From IMG/VR virus record IMGVR_UViG_3300032069_000010, positions 749 through 64,748 of that record: a stretch of DNA of 64,000 bases; one strand, written 5' to 3'. The notes under the pieces are model-generated. The model was not told the origin of the DNA and did not search any database. It saw only the letters and a list, made by a program, of their open reading frames with translations. The translations under genes were made by a program, and so were the position numbers. Positions 40,242 through 50,514 of this stretch are shown here, piece after piece; positions within the stretch are counted from its first letter, which is position 1, and the number at the start of each line of letters is the position of its first letter. Source of the DNA: a virus (lineage: Duplodnaviria; Caudoviricetes).

Positions 40242-41333
40242 TTACGATGAGATCAATGTTACCGTTGCGAAACAGTCGCCGTTCACGCACTTCTTTGCAA
40301 ACCGGCTCATCATGCCCCTTACAGGCTGCATCGTGTTTGGATCGATCAAGAGCGGAGTCGTATACAAGGGGATGTACGGAGCATAGACATACCCCGTATC
40401 AAGCCAGGAAGCGCCCTTGAAGCCGAGAAGCATCTTGTTTCCCTGGAACCAGGGGTGTTTATAGACAACGAACCGATTCTTCAGAACGCCGAACCTATGG
40501 ATGCCGATATTGAAGACTGCATCATCCACCGTCTCTTCGAGCTTGAACCCTTCCAGCTTCTCAAGACGGGTGCAGACATCGGAATCAGCCACGATCCAGG
40601 TGGCGTTCCGATATCTCTTCTTGAAAATCATGTTGTTTCCATCCACGATGGCGTCATACAAGGTTGCCTTATAGACCTTCGGGTCGAGATTCGTCCAAGG
40701 AGCTTCAGCAGGAGCATTGATATTCCAGTTCACATTCCCCGCGGTGGCGTTCGTAACCATATCATCGATGAGGATCATGTCAACTTCTCTGATAATTTCA
40801 TCTGAGAGGACGATCATCAGTTCATCCTCAGCATTCAGCCCATGGTAAGCCTTCAGGTCCTGCTGGGCTTCGATCGTCCATTTCGCCTTGAGCGCCTTTT
40901 CCTCGGCATCCACGGCTACAGACGAAATATCGAAATTGACTTCAGCAACCTCCCCCGTCTCAGGAGTTCTGTCTGCATAATTCTTCGCCGCGTTACCTTT
41001 CTGATCGAGCCTGTCACCTGCTGTGATTGACCCCTTTGCGGTTCCATATTTGAAATCAAGGAAGAATACCTTCCCGGTTGGTTGCGTCATCGGCTGGACA
41101 GAGCAGAGGGTCTGTGCAATCAGCTTGGGAAAGATTCTCCGGATCATGGGGAATGCGAACGTTGTAAATGGCCCCACGTTAGTCATGAAAGATGTCTCAC
41201 TCAACGCCCTCTGCATATTATCCAGAAGGACCTCACATTGAAGGCGCTTCTCTGTATCCAAACCTTCGGTCAGATAAGTCCATTTCTTTTGCCTCTCGGC
41301 ATTCTCTTCAATCAAATATTTTCTTGGGTCCAT
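40242..41333 (-). CDS. major capsid protein, T4 gp23-like
   Basis: VQPMTQPTG, LKAKWTIEAQQDLKAYHGLNAEDEL, GYVYAPYIPL, P.RGMMSRFA. Confidence 0.95.
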   Translation of the reverse strand: MDPRKYLIEENAERQKKWTYLTEGLDTEKRLQCEVLLDNMQRALSETSFMTNVGPFTTFAFPMIRRIFPKLIAQTLCSVQPMTQPTGKVFFLDFKYGTAKGSITAGDRLDQKGNAAKNYADRTPETGEVAEVNFDISSVAVDAEEKALKAKWTIEAQQDLKAYHGLNAEDELMIVLSDEIIREVDMILIDDMVTNATAGNVNWNINAPAEAPWTNLDPKVYKATLYDAIVDGNNMIFKKRYRNATWIVADSDVCTRLEKLEGFKLEETVDDAVFNIGIHRFGVLKNRFVVYKHPWFQGNKMLLGFKGASWLDTGYVYAPYIPLYTTPLLIDPNTMQPVRGMMSRFAKKCVNGDCFATVTLISS

Positions 41334-41388
41334 ATTGGAAATTCCTCCTTTCTCAAAAGTTTTTACGCTTATGCGTGGTTAAAAAGGG

Positions 41389-41437
41389 TAAAAAAGCCTG
41401 AGCAGTCCCCAACGTGAGGGACATTCCCAGGCTTTTC
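41389..41437 (-). terminator. interrupted hairpin with U-tract between protease and capsid genes
   Basis: AAAAGCCTG..GTCCC..GGGAC..CAGGCTTTTTT on minus strand. Confidence 0.5.
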
Positions 41438-41474
41438 TTCTTCGTCGTCTTGCCTGTTAAACCTGCGCTGTTAT

Positions 41475-42797
41475 TTAGGCGCTGGCACCCTTCTCAAGAA
41501 TTCCAGCAAGAGCCCTCTGACGCTTCTGCTCAGAGGTCAAAACCTCTTCCTGCTTATCCTCGTTCAAGACCTTTCCTCTTCCCTTTTCCTGATCATCAGG
41601 CCTCCTCTGGTCGAGAAGCTTCTTGATATATGCCTCTTCTTCTACCACCTTCGTGTCGACTTCTTCAACGGTCTTGCAGGAACTGAGCCTTTCAACCAGA
41701 ATCTTCTCGTGCTCTTTGCCGGCCGTGACCTCCTCGATTTTCTTCTTTACCTTCTCTTTCGTCTCAGCGGCCTTCTTCTCATACTCGATTTGCTCTTTAA
41801 GAACCTTATTCTCTCCCTTCAATGTCTCGATCTCGCTTTCCATAGCGGCAACCTTCTCTTCGGAATCATCTTCGTCATCCTCACCTGCGCTCTCGGAGAC
41901 GTAGGGCTTGATCAGCTTCCCAATTTCCGTAAATGTGCCAATCATGGCCTGAAAATCATCGGAGCTCTTAATCTCTTCGATGACTTCCTTTTTAATTTCC
42001 TCTTCCTTGGCTTCGACTTCTTTCAGGATTCGAGAATCAAACTCCTTCTGAAGGATCTCTTTGACTTCCTTTTCCTTCTGCTCCATAGCCTCTTTGGCAA
42101 GCTGTTCACAAAGTTCGGGATATGCCTTCTTCAACTCCTCAACGTTTTTAATTTCCATACTCGATGAACCTCCTTTCGTTTTTTGTGTTTCACAGACTTC
42201 CTGCTTGCAGCCATCACATGGACCGCATTCTAAAATGTTTACCACTTCCACCTGCTCAGTAACTTGAGTGACCACGGCATCCTTCGTCGACTGCCCAATC
42301 ACAAAATCAAACGTCTTTAGCGTCAAATCCTCTTGAACAATGTCCGCCATCTTCCCTTGCCAATTGCCCTTTAGAACAGAACCAAAGGCTCTGCTCGAAA
42401 GTCCAATCTTGCCGCCAGCTCGAATAATCTCCTGCAAATTTTTTCCGCCAGGCTCGGTATTTAAAATGGTCGCCTCTCCAAAATAAACCTTTCTCCCATC
42501 AAGCACCCCTTTCTCAATTCCAGTCAGCATGGCAGCGGTATTCTTGATCGTTGATTTCCCGTCTCCTGGATGATCAGCTTCACCATAAACGCTATTCTCC
42601 GCCATCATAGGTTTCAGCTTCTCGATCTCGCGGTCAAGAATATACTCACGATACACACGCCCATTACCATTTATTTCGTCTGCAACGGTAAAAATTCCTT
42701 TCACCCGCATTCTTCCACCATTTTTTGCAGAAGCTTCTTCGAGAATGGTAAAGGCAACCGGCATCGTCTCGATCAATAATTCCTTCTCCACTTCCAA
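41475..42797 (-). CDS. prohead protease (T4 gp21-like) fused to acidic coiled-coil scaffold
   Basis: NGNGRVY, GEADHP, IGLSSRAFGS, TFDFV; E/K-rich C-terminal half. Confidence 0.92.
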   Translation of the reverse strand: MEVEKELLIETMPVAFTILEEASAKNGGRMRVKGIFTVADEINGNGRVYREYILDREIEKLKPMMAENSVYGEADHPGDGKSTIKNTAAMLTGIEKGVLDGRKVYFGEATILNTEPGGKNLQEIIRAGGKIGLSSRAFGSVLKGNWQGKMADIVQEDLTLKTFDFVIGQSTKDAVVTQVTEQVEVVNILECGPCDGCKQEVCETQKTKGGSSSMEIKNVEELKKAYPELCEQLAKEAMEQKEKEVKEILQKEFDSRILKEVEAKEEEIKKEVIEEIKSSDDFQAMIGTFTEIGKLIKPYVSESAGEDDEDDSEEKVAAMESEIETLKGENKVLKEQIEYEKKAAETKEKVKKKIEEVTAGKEHEKILVERLSSCKTVEEVDTKVVEEEAYIKKLLDQRRPDDQEKGRGKVLNEDKQEEVLTSEQKRQRALAGILEKGASA

Positions 42798-42809
42798 TCA
42801 CCTCCCTTC

Positions 42810-43142
42810 TTAATTGAGATCAGCACTAATCAGAATCTTTATGTAGCCCTGGTTCGGGAACGTCTCCTTCAATCCGCTATTAAACTCGACCTCAAATTCC
42901 CCGTAAAACTCTCCACATATATCAGTATCACCAGCCTGCCAAGAATAATAAACATTACCATTGGTCAGTGCTCCCTCGATCGACGCACCACTGTTCACCT
43001 TCGCAACCGCGCTCCCAACCGGGAACATATTAAATCTCACGTTCGCACCAGTCAGATCAACAACAGAACCGTCTACATTTTTTAGCGTCGCCTGCAAATT
43101 CGGTAGCCTATCGCCACGCTTGACATAAAAATCAGCCATCAC
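42810..43142 (-). CDS. BppU-like Ig-fold structural protein
   Basis: KRGDRLP..VDLTGA..YSWQAGDT..GEFEV..TFPN. Confidence 0.75.
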   Translation of the reverse strand: MMADFYVKRGDRLPNLQATLKNVDGSVVDLTGANVRFNMFPVGSAVAKVNSGASIEGALTNGNVYYSWQAGDTDICGEFYGEFEVEFNSGLKETFPNQGYIKILISADLN

Positions 43143-43149
43143 CTACCTC

Positions 43150-46100
43150 CTACGCAGCCTTTTTAATGTCCACCTTTACTTTCCCATCATTCATTAGCAC
43201 CGCTCTGTTCATGCCAGTCATAAGCACCGCCACGAGTCTATGGCTAAATAAGTTCGTAGGATTCCATCCAACTCGACCAAATCCAAACATCTCTCCGGTT
43301 TCGATACCTATAGGAACGAACCAACCCTCTCCTCCCAGCACAGGAAGGCCAAATAACTCCATACTTTCTATTCCAACTACGTGAATATATCCAACAATCT
43401 TGTTAACACCAAACGTTTCTCCAGAACTGATCCCAGCAGGAACAATCAACAATTTTAAAGCAGGCTGCCCAAAAGCCTCTTGGCTGGCAATCCCCTGTGC
43501 ATAAATAAAAACTTCTCCAACAAAAATCTGTGGGGCGCCAAAAATCTCACTGCTCGAAATTGCGGTTACGTGAATGATAAAAACAAACCTGGCACTTCCA
43601 AACGCTTCTTCAGACGATATGCCAACAGCTACTACGTAAACACACAATCTTGCATTACCGAAAGCTTCTACAGACGCAATCCCTGTTGGTAGAATCGTCA
43701 CGGCACCAGTTTGGACAGCCGCATTTCCGAACACCTCGGCGCTCCCTATACCAGACGGCTGGATAAACTGCTCAGCACCACCTATTTGGATCGTCGGATT
43801 CCCAAACGCTTCTTGGGAACCGATTTCAGGGACAACAACCTGAAGATTTAGCTTCGCTGACCCAAACGCTTCCTGCGTCCCGATACCAGACGCCACAATG
43901 AACATCTGGATCATTAATGTCCCAAATACTTCACTTGACCCAATCGCAGAGGGCAAGATCGACACTGCACCCGGTTGAATATTGGCAGAGCCAAATATTT
44001 CCCCAGAAACTATCGCAGACGGAAGAATCGTAACCGCACCACCCTCGATGGTAGGATTACCGAATGCCTCAGTAGTGGCTATCCCTGTAACCAAAACAAA
44101 AAGTGTTAGCTTTGCAGAGCCAAATGCTTCTGCCGAATCGATAGCAACCGGGAAAATCGTCAAGTTAACTTTGGCTGTTCCAAAAACTTCTAATGAACTA
44201 ATTTCTACGGGCAGGATATTTAAGGCAAGCTTCGCGGTGCCAAAGCCTTCCTCAGAAGAAATACTGGAAGGATAAACACTAACAGCGCCGAGCTGGATCA
44301 CTGCACTACCAAATACCTCAGTGCTATCAACACCAATCGGGATTATCTTCAGGTTGACCTTTGCAGACCCAAACGCCTCACCACTTGTAATGCTGACAGG
44401 GATAACCGTCACCGCACCAGGCAAAACAACGACCGTTCCAAACACTTCGACGCCCGCTATCCCGGACGGCACAATCTTCAAATTCAACTGATGCGTTCCA
44501 AATGCTTCAGCGGTCGCTACGCCTGACGGTTGAATAAATTGAGCAACCCCACCCAAATAAACATTCGCATTCCCAAAGGCTTCCTGGGAACTGATTCCAG
44601 AAGCAACAATCTGAAGATTTAACTTCGGAGACCCAAAACTCTCCCCACTTCCAATACCAGACCCAATAATAAACATCTGAATTTTGGAAGCGCCAAATGC
44701 TTCACCCGAACCTACCCCAGAAGGTAGTATTATCACGGTGCCAGGCAAAACCGAAACTGAACCAAGCTGCTCAGCACTAACGATACCCGTTGGTAAAACA
44801 TTAACAGATCCAGGCAAAACCGAAGCTGTGCCGAAAAGCTCTCCAGTTGAAATACCCGAAGGGAAAAGAATTAAATTCAGTTTCGCAGAACCAAATGTCT
44901 CAACAGAACCTATCCCGGAAGGAAGAATCGATACCGAACCAGGCTGGACTGTGGCAGCGCCAAAAACCTCTGCGCTTCCAACACTGGTTGGCAACAATGT
45001 TACTGAACCTGGCTGGATCGTCGCTGAACCAAAAACCTCTGATGTAGAGATACCAGAAGGAACAACCTTTAAAATCAGCTTTGCAGACCCGAATGATTCG
45101 GCAGACGCAATGCCAGAAGGATAAATCGTCAAAGCACCCGCTTGAATCGTGGCGGCGCCGAAAGCCTCAGTAGAACTAATCCCTGAAGGAATTATTGTAG
45201 CGCCACTAAGCTGGACTGTAGGATTGCCGAACGCCTCGGCGCTTGTTATTCCTGATGGATATATAAAAGAGGAGTAATATTCTTGCGTTGGTGGAGTAAA
45301 ACCAGAAGTCCATCTTGCTATTCCTTTGGAAAATCTGAATTCATCTATCCAACCATTAAGGGGATTAGAAGCGTATTCCCCTGTCCTTCCAACAGAGAAC
45401 TTATAATTAGAACTGATTAAGGTGTAGCCACCAACACCCATCAAACCACGTTGAACTCCATCTATAAATATTTTAAGATTTGTTCCATCTCTCACACAGG
45501 CGATGTGGTGCCACAAGCTATCGGTAATTGCAACGTCTGATGCAAGTTCATAATAACCGGATTCTGTATTTAGTGCCCAAAAATTGAATTTATTATCAGC
45601 AGAAAAGAACAACCAGAAAGGTGCGCTATCTGGGTACGAACTCCCGCTCTGTCCAGTTACATACTGTACCGTTCCGAATGCTCCACGCTTTATCCAAAAA
45701 TCTACAGTAAAATCTCCGGATAGCACATCAAAATCATCAGAGTCCGGAGTATCAATCCAGTCCCCCGTCCCATCAAATAATGCGCTTGCTCCACCAAACT
45801 CAGATTGTGCTGTATCGATTTGGGCATTACCATAGGGTGTCCATGTATGTGAGCCGCCTATCCCATCGTCAATAAAATTCGTTGAGCCATCGGCTCCATT
45901 CAAATGAAGAAGAGATTTAGTTAAGATATCGTTGCCGCCAGGACCTAAACCGCCGCCCTGAATTGTAAGGCCACCAAATGCCTCAGCGCTTGCTATCCCT
46001 GATGGAAGTAGATAAATGCCTGCTGTCCAGGTAGGGGTATCGATCTTCTCGGCAATCCCTTCATTGTGAACCCAATAGACATCCGCAGCATTGTTACCAC

Positions 46101-46608
46101 CCGAAACTTCCGCATACCACTCAATTTCAAGAAATAGATACTCGTTGCTTAATATAATTTCAGAAGCGCTATTCCATGTAATTGTCCCTGTCTGATACTG
46201 ATTGGCTGCAGTGAAGCCAATTTGTGTTGATGACCGCCACCCAGGAGTTAGCTGCGTCGCACCTGAGCCATCCGCATTTGTGCTTTTCCACAATCTAAAT
46301 TTGATATATCCTTTTTGAGCATAGTAATTGTCGCATTTAACTTTAAACGCAAGCACCCAGTTTCCGGCGCTAAACTTCCCCTGGAGTGCATTAATTGACC
46401 GATACCCCAATGCTCCAAAAGCGGTTGGCTCAGTAACAAAAGTAGCGTAAGCTTGTTGTGTATCAGGCTTGTAAGGTGAGGCGAGATAAGTTTTTTTGTC
46501 AACAGTCCAACCCTGAGCTTCATCTAAGCTGGCGGGAGCGGATTCGGCCAACTGTTCATACGTTAAAGCATATCCAGATATGTCTGTGTCTGATAAATAA
46601 TAAATCAT
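43150..46608 (-). CDS. virion surface/fibre protein with LamG domain and many ~20-aa repeats
   Basis: LLHLNG, DFTVDFW, WHHIACVR, IDEFRFSKG (LamG); >30 PSGIxSxE(A/V)FG repeats. Confidence 0.8.
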   Translation of the reverse strand: MIYYLSDTDISGYALTYEQLAESAPASLDEAQGWTVDKKTYLASPYKPDTQQAYATFVTEPTAFGALGYRSINALQGKFSAGNWVLAFKVKCDNYYAQKGYIKFRLWKSTNADGSGATQLTPGWRSSTQIGFTAANQYQTGTITWNSASEIILSNEYLFLEIEWYAEVSGGNNAADVYWVHNEGIAEKIDTPTWTAGIYLLPSGIASAEAFGGLTIQGGGLGPGGNDILTKSLLHLNGADGSTNFIDDGIGGSHTWTPYGNAQIDTAQSEFGGASALFDGTGDWIDTPDSDDFDVLSGDFTVDFWIKRGAFGTVQYVTGQSGSSYPDSAPFWLFFSADNKFNFWALNTESGYYELASDVAITDSLWHHIACVRDGTNLKIFIDGVQRGLMGVGGYTLISSNYKFSVGRTGEYASNPLNGWIDEFRFSKGIARWTSGFTPPTQEYYSSFIYPSGITSAEAFGNPTVQLSGATIIPSGISSTEAFGAATIQAGALTIYPSGIASAESFGSAKLILKVVPSGISTSEVFGSATIQPGSVTLLPTSVGSAEVFGAATVQPGSVSILPSGIGSVETFGSAKLNLILFPSGISTGELFGTASVLPGSVNVLPTGIVSAEQLGSVSVLPGTVIILPSGVGSGEAFGASKIQMFIIGSGIGSGESFGSPKLNLQIVASGISSQEAFGNANVYLGGVAQFIQPSGVATAEAFGTHQLNLKIVPSGIAGVEVFGTVVVLPGAVTVIPVSITSGEAFGSAKVNLKIIPIGVDSTEVFGSAVIQLGAVSVYPSSISSEEGFGTAKLALNILPVEISSLEVFGTAKVNLTIFPVAIDSAEAFGSAKLTLFVLVTGIATTEAFGNPTIEGGAVTILPSAIVSGEIFGSANIQPGAVSILPSAIGSSEVFGTLMIQMFIVASGIGTQEAFGSAKLNLQVVVPEIGSQEAFGNPTIQIGGAEQFIQPSGIGSAEVFGNAAVQTGAVTILPTGIASVEAFGNARLCVYVVAVGISSEEAFGSARFVFIIHVTAISSSEIFGAPQIFVGEVFIYAQGIASQEAFGQPALKLLIVPAGISSGETFGVNKIVGYIHVVGIESMELFGLPVLGGEGWFVPIGIETGEMFGFGRVGWNPTNLFSHRLVAVLMTGMNRAVLMNDGKVKVDIKKAA

Positions 46609-46934
46609 TATGGAACGATGTTTTCCCCAATTTTTTGGTATTCATTAAGGTTAAAAATACCATGTGCTCCCTTATTCAACCAAGTTTTCAATTGATTATA
46701 ACCCTCAATAAGCTGTGCGGAAGACTCAGGCGTTCCAAATCCTCTCTGAGCAACAAACTCTGAGCCGCCAACTAATTGAAATACTATTCTTATCTGATCC
46801 CCTTGATTGGGCGTGTCGTCCCCTACCATGTAAAACCTCACGACATTATCAAGGTTAATTAAATTCGAGTAACTATATGACGGATCATTAACTCTCGCTT
46901 TAACCCACATTCCAATCACCTCCTTTAGATTCAA
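46608..46934 (-). CDS. hypothetical protein
   Basis: AAGGAGGTG RBS (probable start MWVKAR). Confidence 0.55.
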   Translation of the reverse strand: MNLKEVIGMWVKARVNDPSYSYSNLINLDNVVRFYMVGDDTPNQGDQIRIVFQLVGGSEFVAQRGFGTPESSAQLIEGYNQLKTWLNKGAHGIFNLNEYQKIGENIVP

Positions 46935-46946
46935 TCTATTTTCAAC

Positions 46947-47183
46947 TCAAATCAATCCCTCTTTACGCCATTGGACCACATAGCCACAAATCTCCGGTAG
47001 ATCACATGCTTGGTGCAGTTGCATTGGGATGTCACATTCTGGGCGACCAAATTCTGCTCTCTTACCATAAATCAAACAGGTCTTCATGTCTTCAGCCAAG
47101 TGCTCACATTTATCTTGTGGGTTATTCCCTTTCCAATCCCAACAACACATTCCACACATAGTACAAAAACTTTCTCTTTCCAT
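46947..47183 (-). CDS. YkgJ-like CxxCxxCC cysteine cluster protein
   Basis: CTMCGMCC..CEHL..CLIY..RPEC. Confidence 0.7.
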   Translation of the reverse strand: MERESFCTMCGMCCWDWKGNNPQDKCEHLAEDMKTCLIYGKRAEFGRPECDIPMQLHQACDLPEICGYVVQWRKEGLI

Positions 47184-47383
47184 TACGCTACCCTTCTAAA
47201 TTCCCATAATGCCCGAAATGACACGTGTAAGTTGGACAAATTTAGAGCGGAACATCGGACACTCCTATCCCTTGCAGGTCCTTGTGTCCGGTGTTCCAAA
47301 ACTCCAAATTCTCGGGACGGTTGCTATCACGCTTACCGTTCTTGTGATAGACACGCTCATGTGACTTTGAACTTCTGTTGTTC

Positions 47384-47797
47384 TTATAACTTGAAAATCT
47401 TATTGGCCGCGTTATCCCATTGCACTGTTATGTCTCCGCCATTCGGAGTCACGGGCAACCCAGTTGCAGTGTCGATATAAGCGATCAGAGGCGATGTAGC
47501 CTCAACCCCGGTATCTTTATAGATGACCAATGCTTCAGATGGATCACCTGTCACCGCAGGAAAGGTCACATCATTAGCATCTACGACTCCTAACGCCGGG
47601 TCCAGAAGTGTCAGTGCAGCAATCGCCACTCTCGCTAATGCCGGGACATCAGATAGAAATTCGTGCGTATCGATCAACACTGTGTAATCAGCAGCATCAA
47701 CCAGTATCACTTTAATCGTGTCTCCACCGGTTGCCTTCCAATGAATATCACCTTGTGCAAACTTGTTTCTTCCTTTACCATAAAGTTGATTAGCCAT
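47384..47797 (-). CDS. virion structural protein
   Basis: MANQLYGKGR..PLIAYIDT..PVTPNGGDITVQWD; strong RBS. Confidence 0.7.
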   Translation of the reverse strand: MANQLYGKGRNKFAQGDIHWKATGGDTIKVILVDAADYTVLIDTHEFLSDVPALARVAIAALTLLDPALGVVDANDVTFPAVTGDPSEALVIYKDTGVEATSPLIAYIDTATGLPVTPNGGDITVQWDNAANKIFKL

Positions 47798-47861
47798 GTT
47801 CTTTACCTCCTTTTAAGTTAAGTTTGATACGCAAAAGCGTATTCTATGAACAAAAAAATTC

Positions 47862-48341
47862 CTAAAACGCCAGCCCAATTGCAACACCAAGAATCACGGT
47901 CCCAACCAGGCCAACCTTTTCCCAAAACACCTTTTTGTCCAACTGCTTCCGAAGCTTCTCATTCTGTTCGGAATATCGATCAGCCAGCCTCTCTTCTGCC
48001 TTCGCCATCTCTTGATAAAACTCCGTCCGCTCAACCTGGATCTTCCTTCTCTCCTCGCTAATCTCCAGAAGCGAATCCTTCATCTTTAGCTGCTCCTTGA
48101 GATTCGTTACCTCTTCCCTTAGATCGGCGTTCTCTTTTCGCAATAACGGAGCCTCTTTCCACGTTTGAAAGAGTTCACCCGAGTCGCGCTGATCAGTCCA
48201 AACCCCATACTCAACGGGGCTTGGGGGAGACAGTGGCTGACTTGATGCCACTCTTGCGAAACTCAGTAACAATGCCATCAACAGAATCGGGAACAACGAT
48301 AGCTTCCCTCTCCTTCTTATATTGGGCAATCCTCGTTTCAA
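47862..48341 (-). CDS. spanin-like coiled-coil protein with C-terminal TM
   Basis: Signal-like N-terminus, coiled coil, C-terminal hydrophobic anchor; overlaps upstream gene. Confidence 0.5.
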   Translation of the reverse strand: MKRGLPNIRRRGKLSLFPILLMALLLSFARVASSQPLSPPSPVEYGVWTDQRDSGELFQTWKEAPLLRKENADLREEVTNLKEQLKMKDSLLEISEERRKIQVERTEFYQEMAKAEERLADRYSEQNEKLRKQLDKKVFWEKVGLVGTVILGVAIGLAF

Positions 48342-48603
48342 GGATGCTGACCTCCTTTTGTTTCTTTTTTAGCCTATCGTTCAGGCTATTGATTTGACCC
48401 TTATAATCTTTCTCTTTAGTTTGCCAAATCGTCTCAAGCGAATCACGTTCACCCATTAATTGCTGAACGGTTGCCTTGGCCTCTTCCAACTTTTTTTCAA
48501 GATCCCTCGTCGACACTCCACCACTCCCAAGATAATAGCCACCACCTATCAAAATGACGGCTATTACCGCTCCAATTATTAACTTCCACTTCAAGAGCAT
48601 CAC
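48211..48603 (-). CDS. i-spanin-like protein
   Basis: N-terminal TM then coiled coil, downstream of endolysin. Confidence 0.55.
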   Translation of the reverse strand: MMLLKWKLIIGAVIAVILIGGGYYLGSGGVSTRDLEKKLEEAKATVQQLMGERDSLETIWQTKEKDYKGQINSLNDRLKKKQKEVSILETRIAQYKKEREAIVVPDSVDGIVTEFRKSGIKSATVSPKPR

Positions 48604-48731
48604 TGTACCCCTGTTTTCTTGTGGAAAATCTTATCCCACAGCTTTCCAAATGAAACCTTAAGCTGCTCCTTGTATTTATGAACATATACGCCGGCAGCAA
48701 ACGAAACCACAATCAATATAATCGTCCTCAT
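48600..48731 (-). CDS. 43-aa membrane peptide (not in ORF track)
   Basis: MRTIILIVVSFAAGVYVHKYKEQLK..; AAGGAGG RBS; GTGA overlap. Confidence 0.55.
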   Translation of the reverse strand: MRTIILIVVSFAAGVYVHKYKEQLKVSFGKLWDKIFHKKTGVQ

Positions 48732-48742
48732 GCGAATCCTCC

Positions 48743-49015
48743 TTATGGAAATTTTGCCGAACCCGAAGATGCGTCTCCCTCTCCGTACCTCCTGTAGTTA
48801 TACTCTGTGTAGGACTTGAAGCCTCTGTAACCAAGCCATATCCCCATTGACCCTAAGTAAAGGGTAGAGTAGTTGCCACCAAGATCCTTCCAACAACTCC
48901 TAATCGTTTCGTTAAAGAAACCAGCGAGAAGCAGGATCATTGTCATAGCAGTAAAAACAAAGCTCACAGCCCACCCCTGGATGGCACCATCTTTTATGAT
49001 TTCCAGTTTCTTCAT
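48743..49015 (-). CDS. putative holin
   Basis: Two TM segments; ATGA-coupled to endolysin. Confidence 0.55.
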   Translation of the reverse strand: MKKLEIIKDGAIQGWAVSFVFTAMTMILLLAGFFNETIRSCWKDLGGNYSTLYLGSMGIWLGYRGFKSYTEYNYRRYGEGDASSGSAKFP

Positions 49016-49428
49016 AGATCCATCTCCCTGGCTGCCCTCCACAAATCCATAACCCTATTGATCCAGCCAAAAATAAACTGAGGGTACTGTTTCTTAAGCG
49101 ACATATACCTCTCAAGTCTGAAAAATATATAATCCTGCCATCCTTTTGCATCAGCGAGAAGAACATTAGCCCGTCCCGTCCCCATATTTACCGCCGTATC
49201 GAAAACCACCATATCAAGCGGCTCGGGAAGATTACCGCATCCAGTAGCATCCCAGTACTCTTTCCTATAAATTTCTTTGGCATCATCCAGGGTCAGGTTC
49301 TTAATATCCACATCTGGGTGTGCCCTCTTTGAGATTCCGTACTTCGTCTCTCCTCCGGGGTCGCTCGGATTGTTGGAGTACCCACCCTCCCATTTCAGGC
49401 TAAATTCAATGGCACTTTCGAAGCTCAT
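49012..49428 (-). CDS. endolysin, glycosyl hydrolase family 108
   Basis: EGGYSNNPSDPGGETKYGIS, FDTAVNMG, GWINRV. Confidence 0.93.
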   Translation of the reverse strand: MSFESAIEFSLKWEGGYSNNPSDPGGETKYGISKRAHPDVDIKNLTLDDAKEIYRKEYWDATGCGNLPEPLDMVVFDTAVNMGTGRANVLLADAKGWQDYIFFRLERYMSLKKQYPQFIFGWINRVMDLWRAAREMDL

Positions 49429-49547
49429 TCACCCCCCATCTCCATGTCGTAGGCTTCCTTACACTCAGCCTTGATAGACTTCTTCTCGCTGTCGGTAAAC
49501 TCCTCAGAATCGTCAACCATTTTTAGAATGTCATCTAAAATGCTCAT
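49425..49547 (-). CDS. 40-aa acidic peptide (not in ORF track)
   Basis: MSILDDILKMVDDSEEFTDSEKKSIKAECKEAYDMEMGGE*; AAGGAGGT RBS. Confidence 0.6.
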   Translation of the reverse strand: MSILDDILKMVDDSEEFTDSEKKSIKAECKEAYDMEMGGE

Positions 49548-49604
49548 AGCTTACCTCCTTTCTTTCTACTTTATGCCAAATACGACAGCCTCACTAGGAC
49601 GCCC

Positions 49605-50501
49605 TTACATTGTCGCAACCCACCTGCGCCCACTGGCTTTAACAACACCAGCTAAATCCTTGGCCCTCTGTTGCAAGCTGATTGCAACATGCATGGCTGC
49701 ACGATTTTCTTTCCCCGAAAGCCCCTTAGCCTTAGTAATGGCTGCCCTTCTCATCCCCTCAAGGGCGCCAACTTGCCTGTTAGTCTTTAGAGCAAATGAA
49801 GACATACCAGCCTGTTTGGCCTTCGGGACATAGTTCTCTTTGTACTTCTGAATCCCATGTTTCAGAACAGCGACCTTTTGATTGTCAGTCAGCTTTTTAT
49901 ATTCGGACGTCTTCAGGCCACCAGATTTATCGTAGAACGTGCTGGCATGGACACCGGGCTTGACCATATGGGCAGAGATGCCAGCAGCCTTTATTGCTTT
50001 ACTCATCATCACGTCTGTTTCCTTGCCTGCCTTCTTTGCACCTGGCCCATGCGTATAATCGACACTAAATGTCATTTTGTCCCGAAATTTCGCACCACTG
50101 ATTGAAATTTTACCCTCGGGAGTTTTAAAAGTAGATTCCAAAAAACCAAATTTATTAACTCCCCCACTTCGTGAGATTTCTTTAAATCCCCTACTTTTTA
50201 AATAGCTTGAAATTTGTCTATCTAACTTCTCGGCTTTTTCCTTCGAAATAAAAGTTCTTGCCTCGGCTATTGCATGGCCATACTTTGGCTCCAAATGTAT
50301 TAACTGTAGACCATATCGCTTTGCAATATTACTTATGGATGCCCGCGCTTCGCTGCCACCACCCTTTCCGCCGCCACCTAACGAACCGCCTCTATGCCCA
50401 GGCCTGCCCTTATGTCCCCAGTTACCCGAACCCGCACCGCCTTCAAAAAGGCTCGCCTTAACCTCAGAGACAATGCTCTTAACAAACTCTTGATTGACCA
50501 T
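49605..50501 (-). CDS. GGxGSGNWGH-leader cassette with basic cargo of unknown function
   Basis: MVNQEFVKSIVSEVKASLFE|GGAGSGNWGHKGRPGHRGGS; GGAGGTG RBS. Confidence 0.75.
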   Translation of the reverse strand: MVNQEFVKSIVSEVKASLFEGGAGSGNWGHKGRPGHRGGSLGGGGKGGGSEARASISNIAKRYGLQLIHLEPKYGHAIAEARTFISKEKAEKLDRQISSYLKSRGFKEISRSGGVNKFGFLESTFKTPEGKISISGAKFRDKMTFSVDYTHGPGAKKAGKETDVMMSKAIKAAGISAHMVKPGVHASTFYDKSGGLKTSEYKKLTDNQKVAVLKHGIQKYKENYVPKAKQAGMSSFALKTNRQVGALEGMRRAAITKAKGLSGKENRAAMHVAISLQQRAKDLAGVVKASGRRWVATM

Positions 50502-50514
50502 TTCGCACCTCCGA

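Noticed and set aside
43166-45835. Plus-strand ORFs with PNAS/IPEG repeats
   Set aside because: Antisense shadows of the repeat-rich fibre gene.
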